Source: a virus (Duplodnaviria; Caudoviricetes). Taken from it: 43,668 nt of DNA. Positions 36,104 to 43,668 of this stretch are shown in pieces. The position numbers and the translations under genes were made by a program. Positions within the stretch are counted from its first letter, which is position 1; every line of letters begins with the position of its first letter. The notes under the pieces were generated by a model. The model made no database searches and was not told the origin of the DNA. It was given only the letters and a program-made list of their open reading frames with translations. The stretch is taken from IMG/VR virus record IMGVR_UViG_3300033067_000741, positions 1-43,668 of that record. One strand, given 5' to 3'.

Positions 36104-36111
36104 TATTTATA
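36104..36111 (-). promoter_or_regulatory. T4 late promoter TATAAATA (gp19)
   Basis: Exact consensus. Confidence 0.85.
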
Positions 36112-36118
36112 TAGATTA

Positions 36119-38383
36119 TTAGAAATTATTTACAACTTCAGAGAATGCAACACCAGTTCCAACAGCTACGAAATTCAATTGAATGAAGTTAATTGATCTT
36201 GCTGGTTTGATATAGATATCACCAACAAATTCATTTCTATCAATTACATCAGCAGTGTTATTTGTTGAGTCACATACAACCAAGAAATCAGTAATACCAC
36301 GACGACCTTTGATTTCTCTTAGGTAAGGATTTACAGCGTTTCTAAATTGTGAACGAGTGAAGTCATCATTGAATTCAAATAATGTATATTTTGCAGCAGT
36401 TGAGATAGCTTTTTCTAGAACGATAAACAATCTTCTAACATTGATTCTATCAAATGCAGATGGTTTTGCTAACAATGTTTTATCACCGTATAGGATTGTT
36501 CCTAAGCCGGGGAATGTTACTACAGGGTTAACACCAGCCTTATAAAGTATGTCTCTATCCGCTTTACGTGGGTTATAAGCTAACTTTAATAAGTTCTTGA
36601 TTTGACCACGATTAAAACCACCGGGGCTCCACCATGCATCATTGGTTGTATCAGTTCTTACACACAATCCAGCCATATCGCCATTTAATGGTACGAATCT
36701 GAAAGTATCGTTATAACGGTCATACATATATTTATAACCAGAGTCTAAGAATCCGTATGAAGATGATCTTAAATTGTTTCTAAATGTGACAATAGAATCA
36801 GCTTCATTTCCTGTGTTGTTAACAACGTTACCTTTTTGTGGTGAAACGAATACAACACAGTCTTTTCTAACTTCAGCAATATTATCAATCAGATAATTCG
36901 CTAAGTAGAAATCTCTTGATTTACCAGTAAGAATTAATGACACGTCAATGTCTTCGCCAGAAGCATATAAATCATATGCTCTAGTTAATACAGAGTGAGG
37001 AATGTTTGATTCGTCTTGACCATCATTACCAGTAACGAAATTGATATTGGTTACACCAGCAGTTGCTGAAATTAAGTTTTCAGCAGTATTTGAAGTTGCA
37101 CCAGAAATATCATTAGCAATATAGATATATTGTGATCTTTCATTGATTACTGATTTGTAATAGTTTACAGAACCGTCAACGGTTTTTCCATCAGTTGCTC
37201 TAGAAACCGCACGATAGGTTTCTAATACTGTACCCGGAATGCCAGTGAATTTACCGTCTTCGTCAACAATAGCAACGTGCATTTCATCAGAGTTAACAGA
37301 ATTGTTACCAAATTGAATTTGGTGTGGTGAAAGGCCGGGTGCAGCGTCAACGATACCAAAAAATTCCCAATAACGGTTGAATGTTCTAGTTGAAGTGTTT
37401 GATCCATCATAAGTAAAGCTTGAAGACAATACTAATGGGTCTTCGAATGATACTGTGAATTGTGCGTTACCAGTGGTTGAGTTACCTGATGATGATACAT
37501 TAGAAATTGCAGTAATTTTCATATATTGCTTACCAACAGATGAATTACCAATTTCTAAATTGTCAGTTGTTGACAATAATGCTTTCAAATTAGTTGCCAC
37601 GTTAGCAGCAGTTGTAGATGAATTAGCAGACAAATCAAAGGTTGTAGTATTTGAATTGATGTTAATTGTGAAAGCAGCATTTGAGTATGACGCAAGATTA
37701 ATTGTTGACTTAAAGCCATTAGCTGAAGAACATACAGATAATCTTAATGAGTTACCAATTTCGCCGGGATATCTAGCAATCGCTACAACATCAGTATCAA
37801 AATTACCATCTTTATTATCAAAATCTGTTTTATTTTTAACAGTTTGATATTCTAAGTTAGCAACTTGTGCAGTGTTAGCTAATGCTGAAAATGCAGTGTT
37901 TGTGTAGAATTGTAATTCTGATGAACCATTAGATACTGCATCTGATGCAGTAGAAATAGTGAATGCAGTAGAATTAACAATAGAAGCAATAGTTGCTCCA
38001 ACTTTAACCGCAGAATTATTTGAGGTAAGCGCAACCATACCAACCGCTAAATCTGTTGTATCAGAAGTAACAATAGTTGTGTTATCTGATTCTACAGTAG
38101 CAGTGATGATTGGTGAAGTACCGTTTGTATTTGCGGCTCTTGTGTTATATAATTTATTACCATAGCCTAAAAATGACGCGGCAGTAAACCATGTTTCATA
38201 ATTGAAATTTGTGGGTTTTCCGAATCTGCTAACTAAAGCATTTTCTGAATCTATTAAAATTCTTTCATCAATTGGACCCCAACGATAAACACCAGCAATC
38301 ACACCTTCAGTTGATGAGACAGTTGGTACTATAGTTGTTAAGTCAATTTCTGAAAAATTTACACCCGCTGAAACTTGGAACAT
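36119..38383 (-). CDS. 18: tail sheath protein gp18
   Basis: S.GV...EIDLT, WGP, WWSPGGFNRG, GDKT, FDRINVRRLF, IKPARSINFI.LNF. Confidence 0.98.
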   Translation of the reverse strand: MFQVSAGVNFSEIDLTTIVPTVSSTEGVIAGVYRWGPIDERILIDSENALVSRFGKPTNFNYETWFTAASFLGYGNKLYNTRAANTNGTSPIITATVESDNTTIVTSDTTDLAVGMVALTSNNSAVKVGATIASIVNSTAFTISTASDAVSNGSSELQFYTNTAFSALANTAQVANLEYQTVKNKTDFDNKDGNFDTDVVAIARYPGEIGNSLRLSVCSSANGFKSTINLASYSNAAFTININSNTTTFDLSANSSTTAANVATNLKALLSTTDNLEIGNSSVGKQYMKITAISNVSSSGNSTTGNAQFTVSFEDPLVLSSSFTYDGSNTSTRTFNRYWEFFGIVDAAPGLSPHQIQFGNNSVNSDEMHVAIVDEDGKFTGIPGTVLETYRAVSRATDGKTVDGSVNYYKSVINERSQYIYIANDISGATSNTAENLISATAGVTNINFVTGNDGQDESNIPHSVLTRAYDLYASGEDIDVSLILTGKSRDFYLANYLIDNIAEVRKDCVVFVSPQKGNVVNNTGNEADSIVTFRNNLRSSSYGFLDSGYKYMYDRYNDTFRFVPLNGDMAGLCVRTDTTNDAWWSPGGFNRGQIKNLLKLAYNPRKADRDILYKAGVNPVVTFPGLGTILYGDKTLLAKPSAFDRINVRRLFIVLEKAISTAAKYTLFEFNDDFTRSQFRNAVNPYLREIKGRRGITDFLVVCDSTNNTADVIDRNEFVGDIYIKPARSINFIQLNFVAVGTGVAFSEVVNNF

Positions 38384-38416
38384 TTAATATCTCCTAATGT
38401 TATAAATTCTTTATTA

Positions 38417-38424
38417 TATTTATT
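38417..38424 (-). promoter_or_regulatory. late promoter AATAAATA (gp18)
   Basis: Variant consensus; AGGAG SD downstream. Confidence 0.7.
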
Positions 38425-38436
38425 GTTTTGAGATAC

Positions 38437-40089
38437 TTAAACACTGTTGAATAAAAATCTGTCAAATGAGTTGTTGAATTTTTCTTCAGGTTCTATAATT
38501 TCATCCCCCGTCAACACAAAAAATGATAATGAATTATCTATGTCTTCAGTTGTTCTATCTCTTAATGCATCTAATGTTTTACTATTAGTATAATCTTCAA
38601 AAAATGGATCGTCAGTTAACCATCCAAAAATAACTAAAGGCATAACTAAATCATCATGACGACCTTCTTCAGCAGCATATGTGCCTGTGGACTTCATAGA
38701 AAATGTAGTCAATTCATTATATGTTTCTTTATCGTTAATAATCAATTTACCTTGTTCTATTATAGCTTTTAACATAGAACAGCCAATTGATTTAGAAACT
38801 TTGGTAGTTCTTAATCCACGATCAAAATTTCTATCCCAACCAAAAGATACTCTTTTACCATTTTTACCTGTGCCAGCAGTTGATATAATATTATCATATT
38901 CATAATTATGATGTAATAAATCTGGCACTTGTGAACCATTATCATTGATTTCAACTAATACATAAGAATTATTATATCTTTTTAAGACTTGATATAACAC
39001 ATCAGCGAAATCATAAGTTTGGATCAAATTACTTCTGAATACACACACTTGTTGCCAAGGCATCGAAGTAACATCTATTACAGAAAATGTTGAATAATCT
39101 AAACCTTTACCTCTAGATACGTCAACTATAGTTACATATCTATGATATCTTTCTGGCATTGCATAAACGTATAAATCATTATGAACATATAATGGTCTAG
39201 TGTTTCTAATATTTTCTTCAATTAATTTTAAACCAGCACCAGAAATTAATGTACCAGATGAACCTAAGAATTCACATTCGTTTTCTTGTTTGAATTTTTC
39301 ATAATTCCAGTTAAGACCAGAAAGAACTTCCTCTTTCCATTGCTCATCACGTCCCGGTACTTGATCCCATTTTACTTCAATAGGTTTCCAAGTATTAGTT
39401 GGTTTTGGTTTAGCATTAGCACCAGCCCATATTTCATAAAAATGATTCATACCATTTGGAGTAGAAACTAGAATCATTTTAGTGTTTTTACCAGAAGTAA
39501 TAACAGGGAAGGTAGAAGTATAAAATTCATCCCAATTGTCAATGAATGCAGCTTCGTCAATGAACACTAAGTTAAGAGACAAACCACGAATAGATGATGC
39601 AGAGGTAGCAGCAGAAATAACAAATGAATCATTTTCAAGGTAGAATGATTGTTTATTCCATTCCTTAACACCTTGTTGAATCCAATCTGGTAATAATTCA
39701 TAAGCATATTGGATACGAGACAAAATTTCTTGGGCAGTTGTTTCTTTGTTAGCTAACAAACCTACACGCGCATTGTCATTAAATAATATATACCATAAGA
39801 TAAAAGCACAGGTTGTAGTTGACTTACCAGCTTGTCTAGCAGTTGTAACAATATTAAATCTGTTTTCTTTGAATGATTTAAGCATTTTCTTTTGGTATGG
39901 ATAAAGTTTAAATGATACTTTACCGTCTTCAACGTGGACGATTTTCATATATTTTTCAACGAAATAAACAATATCTTCGGAACATCTTTGCCATTCCATG
40001 ATTTGTTCATATGTCCAGCCGCGTCTTAAACCAGCCTTTTTTAATGATGGATTTCCGTTATATCCAGTTTTCTTATTATTCATGGTCAA
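38437..40089 (-). CDS. 17: terminase large subunit gp17
   Basis: YNGNP.LK, RQAGKST, FIDEAAF, STPNG, DVSRG.G.DYS, HDDLVM. Confidence 0.98.
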   Translation of the reverse strand: MTMNNKKTGYNGNPSLKKAGLRRGWTYEQIMEWQRCSEDIVYFVEKYMKIVHVEDGKVSFKLYPYQKKMLKSFKENRFNIVTTARQAGKSTTTCAFILWYILFNDNARVGLLANKETTAQEILSRIQYAYELLPDWIQQGVKEWNKQSFYLENDSFVISAATSASSIRGLSLNLVFIDEAAFIDNWDEFYTSTFPVITSGKNTKMILVSTPNGMNHFYEIWAGANAKPKPTNTWKPIEVKWDQVPGRDEQWKEEVLSGLNWNYEKFKQENECEFLGSSGTLISGAGLKLIEENIRNTRPLYVHNDLYVYAMPERYHRYVTIVDVSRGKGLDYSTFSVIDVTSMPWQQVCVFRSNLIQTYDFADVLYQVLKRYNNSYVLVEINDNGSQVPDLLHHNYEYDNIISTAGTGKNGKRVSFGWDRNFDRGLRTTKVSKSIGCSMLKAIIEQGKLIINDKETYNELTTFSMKSTGTYAAEEGRHDDLVMPLVIFGWLTDDPFFEDYTNSKTLDALRDRTTEDIDNSLSFFVLTGDEIIEPEEKFNNSFDRFLFNSV

Positions 40090-40435
40090 TAACTTTATTC
40101 TTTTTTAATAATTCTTGTAATTCAGCAGTAGAACCGTTGAATAAAAAGTTTTGTTGGGTTCCGATCTTAGTTGTGTTATCCTCTACAACTTGTTCTGCTT
40201 TTGTTTTATGTAATGTTAATAAATCTTTAGTAGCTGCTAATTTAGTATTTAATAAATTAGCTAATACTTCATAAAGTCTAGCATTAGTTTGTGCTTGTTC
40301 TGCCACATCAGACAATTCCGTAATAGCTTTATCTGCTACTTCAACAACTGTGATAATATGGGCTCTTGAAAACTCAAAATCTTTTTGAATTGAGTCATCA
40401 TTTACTTCAGCTTCTAGTTTTGCAATTTCATTCAT
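40076..40435 (-). CDS. 16: terminase small subunit gp16
   Basis: DFEFSR, ARLYEV, F.GSTAELQELL; synteny. Confidence 0.9.
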   Translation of the reverse strand: MNEIAKLEAEVNDDSIQKDFEFSRAHIITVVEVADKAITELSDVAEQAQTNARLYEVLANLLNTKLAATKDLLTLHKTKAEQVVEDNTTKIGTQQNFLFNGSTAELQELLKKNKVIDHE

Positions 40436-41256
40436 AATGGGTCTTCTATTGTTACACCAAATCCAAAATCGTCATCTATGTCGATTTCAGTCACTGGCAC
40501 CGATGCTGCTACATTGGACGTAGGAGAGCCATTAGCAAGCATTGTGGGCCTTACTGTCACTCTTGCTACAGGATCACTGTTTGCAACCGCATCCGATAAA
40601 TTTTCTATAGTTGGGGTATAAAAATTAACATTGGCAAATTTAATGATGCTATTGGTTTTTACAGGACCATATAACCATCCTTTCAATGTAAATGATAATA
40701 CCCACATTAATGTTTCACGTTTGGTAAATTCACCATCATATAAGTCAAATATTTGAACATCTTTTCTTTCGATAACAATATCTTGGGTTAATTGTAATTC
40801 AGGAATCAACTCAACAGAGACATTAAAATCGGGAGAGAAAAATGGTAATATTTGTTCTACAATTTTAGTTCCATCAACAGTGTTTTTAACCATAATTGAT
40901 AATTCGAAATCAAAATTGTAAGGAACAGCATTATAAACAAATTTTAGTTTACCTTTATCATCATCTTTTTTAACTATTCTATTTATTTGTTGGGTCATTC
41001 TGTCAGAATCATAATAAATGTTCTTTATTTCAAATGACATTCTAGGTAATAGAACAGCGTATGGACGATTGATATCAGGATCGTTATTTAATCTAAGCAA
41101 AGTTTTTTCTTTAGGCGCATATGATAATGGCACTTTTAGAAGTTGTTCTACTTCAGAATTATTATTTTTTCTTGTGATATGGATATCTTTAAATAAGTTG
41201 CCAAAAACAACAACGTATTTTCTAATTAATCCATGATAAAATTGATGGCCGAGGAT
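40432..41256 (-). CDS. 15: tail sheath stabiliser/terminator gp15, probable AUC start
   Basis: Frame extends beyond track start 41133: (I/M)LGHQFYHGLIRKYVVVFGNLF...KVPLSYAPK; LPRMSFE, QIVEQILP-like KIVEQILPFF; 274 aa. Confidence 0.9.
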   Translation of the reverse strand: MLGHQFYHGLIRKYVVVFGNLFKDIHITRKNNNSEVEQLLKVPLSYAPKEKTLLRLNNDPDINRPYAVLLPRMSFEIKNIYYDSDRMTQQINRIVKKDDDKGKLKFVYNAVPYNFDFELSIMVKNTVDGTKIVEQILPFFSPDFNVSVELIPELQLTQDIVIERKDVQIFDLYDGEFTKRETLMWVLSFTLKGWLYGPVKTNSIIKFANVNFYTPTIENLSDAVANSDPVARVTVRPTMLANGSPTSNVAASVPVTEIDIDDDFGFGVTIEDPL

Positions 41257-41264
41257 GCTAAATA
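41257..41264 (+). promoter_or_regulatory. late-promoter-like GCTAAATA for the endonuclease
   Basis: TAAATA core 25 nt before ATG 41290, AAAGGA SD between. Confidence 0.5.
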
Positions 41265-41289
41265 CTCCTATATGAGAAAGGATAAAACT

Positions 41290-41988
41290 ATGTCAACTAT
41301 TTATATTCCTTATACCTATTTAATAGGATGGTCAAAATTAGACAAATGGTACTATGGATCAGAAACTTCTAATATTAAAAAAATTGCCCATCCGTCTAAT
41401 TTATTTACCAAATATTTTACATCATCTAAACATGTAAAAAAATTTATAAAAGAACACGGAATGCCAGATGTTATAAAAATTAGAAAAACATTTAAAACTA
41501 AGTATGACGCTTTGTTATGGGAACAAAAATTTCTGATAAAAATTGATGCTAAAAACAATCCTAAATTTTTAAATAAATCTAATAATCTTTCTACTGAATT
41601 TTATGATATTAGAAATAACTATAAAAAAGGATTAGAAAAAGCTTTAGAAAAATTAAAAGGTAAAACATGGGAAGAATCTTTAGGACCCGAATTAGCAAAA
41701 ATAAGAAAAGAACAAAATAGAAAATCCGCTACAGATAAATGGTCAAATTCAGAATTTAAAGAAATAGTTACTAGCACTATGAAACAAAATAGAAAAGGTA
41801 ATGAAAAATATATTAATGCCGCAAAGACTAGATGGTCAAATCTAGAATTTAAAGCCATGATGATTTCTAATCGTTCTCCTAGAGTTAATTTTTCTAAGAC
41901 TGTTTGCGATATTTGTCATAGAGAAATTACTAATATGAATTTTAAAAAACATTATGGTTCTAAATCATGTTTAAAACATAAAAAATAA
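41290..41988 (+). CDS. free-standing GIY-YIG (Seg-like) homing endonuclease
   Basis: YTYLIGW...WYYG, YFTSS, ALLWE, FLN; helical repeats; C-terminal CDIC...H...C Zn finger; start MSTIYIPY preferred over 41233. Confidence 0.82.
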   Translation: MSTIYIPYTYLIGWSKLDKWYYGSETSNIKKIAHPSNLFTKYFTSSKHVKKFIKEHGMPDVIKIRKTFKTKYDALLWEQKFLIKIDAKNNPKFLNKSNNLSTEFYDIRNNYKKGLEKALEKLKGKTWEESLGPELAKIRKEQNRKSATDKWSNSEFKEIVTSTMKQNRKGNEKYINAAKTRWSNLEFKAMMISNRSPRVNFSKTVCDICHREITNMNFKKHYGSKSCLKHKK

Positions 41989-41991
41989 AAT

Positions 41992-42780
41992 TTACTCCAC
42001 TATTTTTGCATGCCAAATTTTAATTGGCTTTTTGAAACCAGAAATATGATCATCATCAGTTAAATCATGAACTTCCGGTTCTGGATGGATATGAATTTTT
42101 ACACCACGCTTAATTAAAAATTCTTGTTCTCGTGGGGCTCTTGAATGATGCCCGATATACATTCCATGGTTTGATCCTTCTGGAATATGTATTTTTAGCA
42201 TATGATTATATTTATCAACTTCGTCAGGTGTAGAAAATCTTCTAGCAATATCAGGATGCATAGATGTAGATGTATATGAAGGTAATATTCCTTTAATATG
42301 TGTACCCTCATCCTCTTGGCTGGCAACTCCACCACCATGATTGGCAGTTTTTCTTAATGGAGATTGTTTAATTCCTGTATAAACATGCATATCTTTGGAT
42401 GCAGCATGGGCACCTAATATTTCATCTAAATGTTTTATTTGTTTAACAAATCCTGCATTAGGTGGAGTAAACATATCTCCGTCAACATGTGCTTTATGAA
42501 GATGAGTATTTAAATGAAAAGAATCTGATGTATATTCTTTGATAGCATCTACATGTTTTTCATTAGTTAATGTTGGATAACCATGGGTTTCTTTTGGATC
42601 ATGTTCTGGCCATTTTAAACCAAAAACAGGTGGAGTAGCATTTACCTCATCATGAGGGGTTTCAGGATGAAATTTTTCAGAAACAGTTTGTTGTTGATTT
42701 GATGATAAACCACAAGTTTCAAAAGGTGTATAACCAGTTTTCCATTTGTGATTATCTTTGAAATATTTAAATTTAATCAT
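41992..42780 (-). CDS. ADP-ribosyltransferase (VIP2/Alt-like, STS and ExE)
   Basis: AIKEYT...LN..L, HVYTG, YTSTS, EQEFLIKRG. Confidence 0.82.
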   Translation of the reverse strand: MIKFKYFKDNHKWKTGYTPFETCGLSSNQQQTVSEKFHPETPHDEVNATPPVFGLKWPEHDPKETHGYPTLTNEKHVDAIKEYTSDSFHLNTHLHKAHVDGDMFTPPNAGFVKQIKHLDEILGAHAASKDMHVYTGIKQSPLRKTANHGGGVASQEDEGTHIKGILPSYTSTSMHPDIARRFSTPDEVDKYNHMLKIHIPEGSNHGMYIGHHSRAPREQEFLIKRGVKIHIHPEPEVHDLTDDDHISGFKKPIKIWHAKIVE

Positions 42781-42783
42781 TTG

Positions 42784-43668
42784 TTATTCTACTATGTGAG
42801 CATGCCATATATGAATTTGATGTGGTTTATCAACCCATTCGCCTGCATCTTTATTATATACACTTTTAGTTTTTTGAGTGTTAATAATCTCTGGTTCAGG
42901 ATGAATGTGAACTTTTTTTCCTTTATCTAATAAAAATTCATTTTCAGATGGAAATTTAGAATGATGACCAATGTATAATCCATGGGTAGAACCTTTAGGT
43001 ATTTTAAATTTTAACATATGATTAACAGCAGCATCGTGGTCTTTATCATAAACATTACTTCCAAAAATGGAAGCTACTTCTGGTTTTACTGAAGTAGATG
43101 TAAATGATGGCATTCTAGCTTTAATAGCTTCATCACTTTTTTCTAAATCTTTAATACCATGCTTAGCTTCAACAAGAGGTGAATTTACTATACCAGAATA
43201 TACATGCATATCTTGTGGTGCTGGTTGTCTTTTTAAAACATTACTTAATTTTTCAGCCTTTTTTTGCATAAGTTCTCCATAATTTGGTATGTCTAAGTCA
43301 TGAACTTCATGACCAGCATCTTTTTTATGTAAATAATCATTTAATAAAAAACTACTTCTTGTGTATTGATGGACTGTATTAGCATCATCCAAATTTTTAT
43401 GTTTCATATCATGCTTTACATTGCCGTCTTCATTCGAAATAATAGGCGCAATTTCTTCATAACCATGTCTTTCATTGAAACCAGATTTTTTTAAATTTTC
43501 ATCACTTAAACTATCAGTTATATTTGGATCATATTTTGTTGATTCATGCTTTTCAACTTTAATTAAAGGCTTACTAAAGTCTTCTTTAAGCGGATTAATA
43601 ATTATTTTATTTTTTGGTGTTTGAGTTTTAGGAGGTTGACCACCACTCAATCCAGTAGTTTTCATAGG
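42784..43668 (-). CDS. ADP-ribosyltransferase paralogue, probably 5'-truncated by the window edge
   Basis: VHQYT...LN..L, HVYSG, FTSTS, ENEFLLDKG; frame open to the edge and PMKTTGLS aligns to internal PFETCGLS of the neighbour. Confidence 0.8.
   Translation of the reverse strand, partial: PMKTTGLSGGQPPKTQTPKNKIIINPLKEDFSKPLIKVEKHESTKYDPNITDSLSDENLKKSGFNERHGYEEIAPIISNEDGNVKHDMKHKNLDDANTVHQYTRSSFLLNDYLHKKDAGHEVHDLDIPNYGELMQKKAEKLSNVLKRQPAPQDMHVYSGIVNSPLVEAKHGIKDLEKSDEAIKARMPSFTSTSVKPEVASIFGSNVYDKDHDAAVNHMLKFKIPKGSTHGLYIGHHSKFPSENEFLLDKGKKVHIHPEPEIINTQKTKSVYNKDAGEWVDKPHQIHIWHAHIVE

Noticed and set aside
41257-41991. Endonuclease as part of a group I intron splitting gp15
   Set aside because: The ORF is antisense, fills the gap with only 33 and 3 nt flanks, and leaves no room for an intron core or upstream exon
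1-43668. tRNA genes or stop-codon reassignment
   Set aside because: No cloverleaf or T-loop motifs in the short intergenic gaps; core genes are intact in the standard code and all three stops are used

Overview
43.7 kb AT-rich segment of a large T4-like myophage with the gene order of the cyanophage/alphaproteobacterial-phage branch; the host is not determinable here. Almost all genes are on the minus strand. Reading right to left: two tandem ADP-ribosyltransferase paralogues, an inverted GIY-YIG homing endonuclease, the morphogenesis core (gp15, 16, 17, 18, 19, 20, 67/68-like, 21, 22, 23), a small plus-strand island, gp3, uvsY, uvsW, gp55, gp47/46, an accessory cluster (DNA MTase, peptide deformylase, MazG-like, DUF3310-like, GT-A protein), gp45/44/62, regA, RNA ligase, a PD-(D/E)xK nuclease, plus-strand spanins, a phosphoesterase, gp43, uvsX, gp41, an FkbM MTase, small virion and membrane genes and the primase gp61 (cut by the window edge). 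Most notable: (1) the scaffold gp22 and the gp68-position protein carry five copies of a cassette with conserved ends, variable middle and acidic linkers rich in prohead-protease-type sites, suggesting a polyprotein of capsid-internal peptides; (2) ART paralogues with a capsid-targeting-like N-terminus and no canonical Arg; (3) gp15 apparently starts at AUC, back-to-back with the endonuclease; (4) apparent avoidance of CCWGG; (5) an orphan consensus sigma70 promoter firing into a structured non-coding region. All calls are from motif recognition by eye; no database searches were run.
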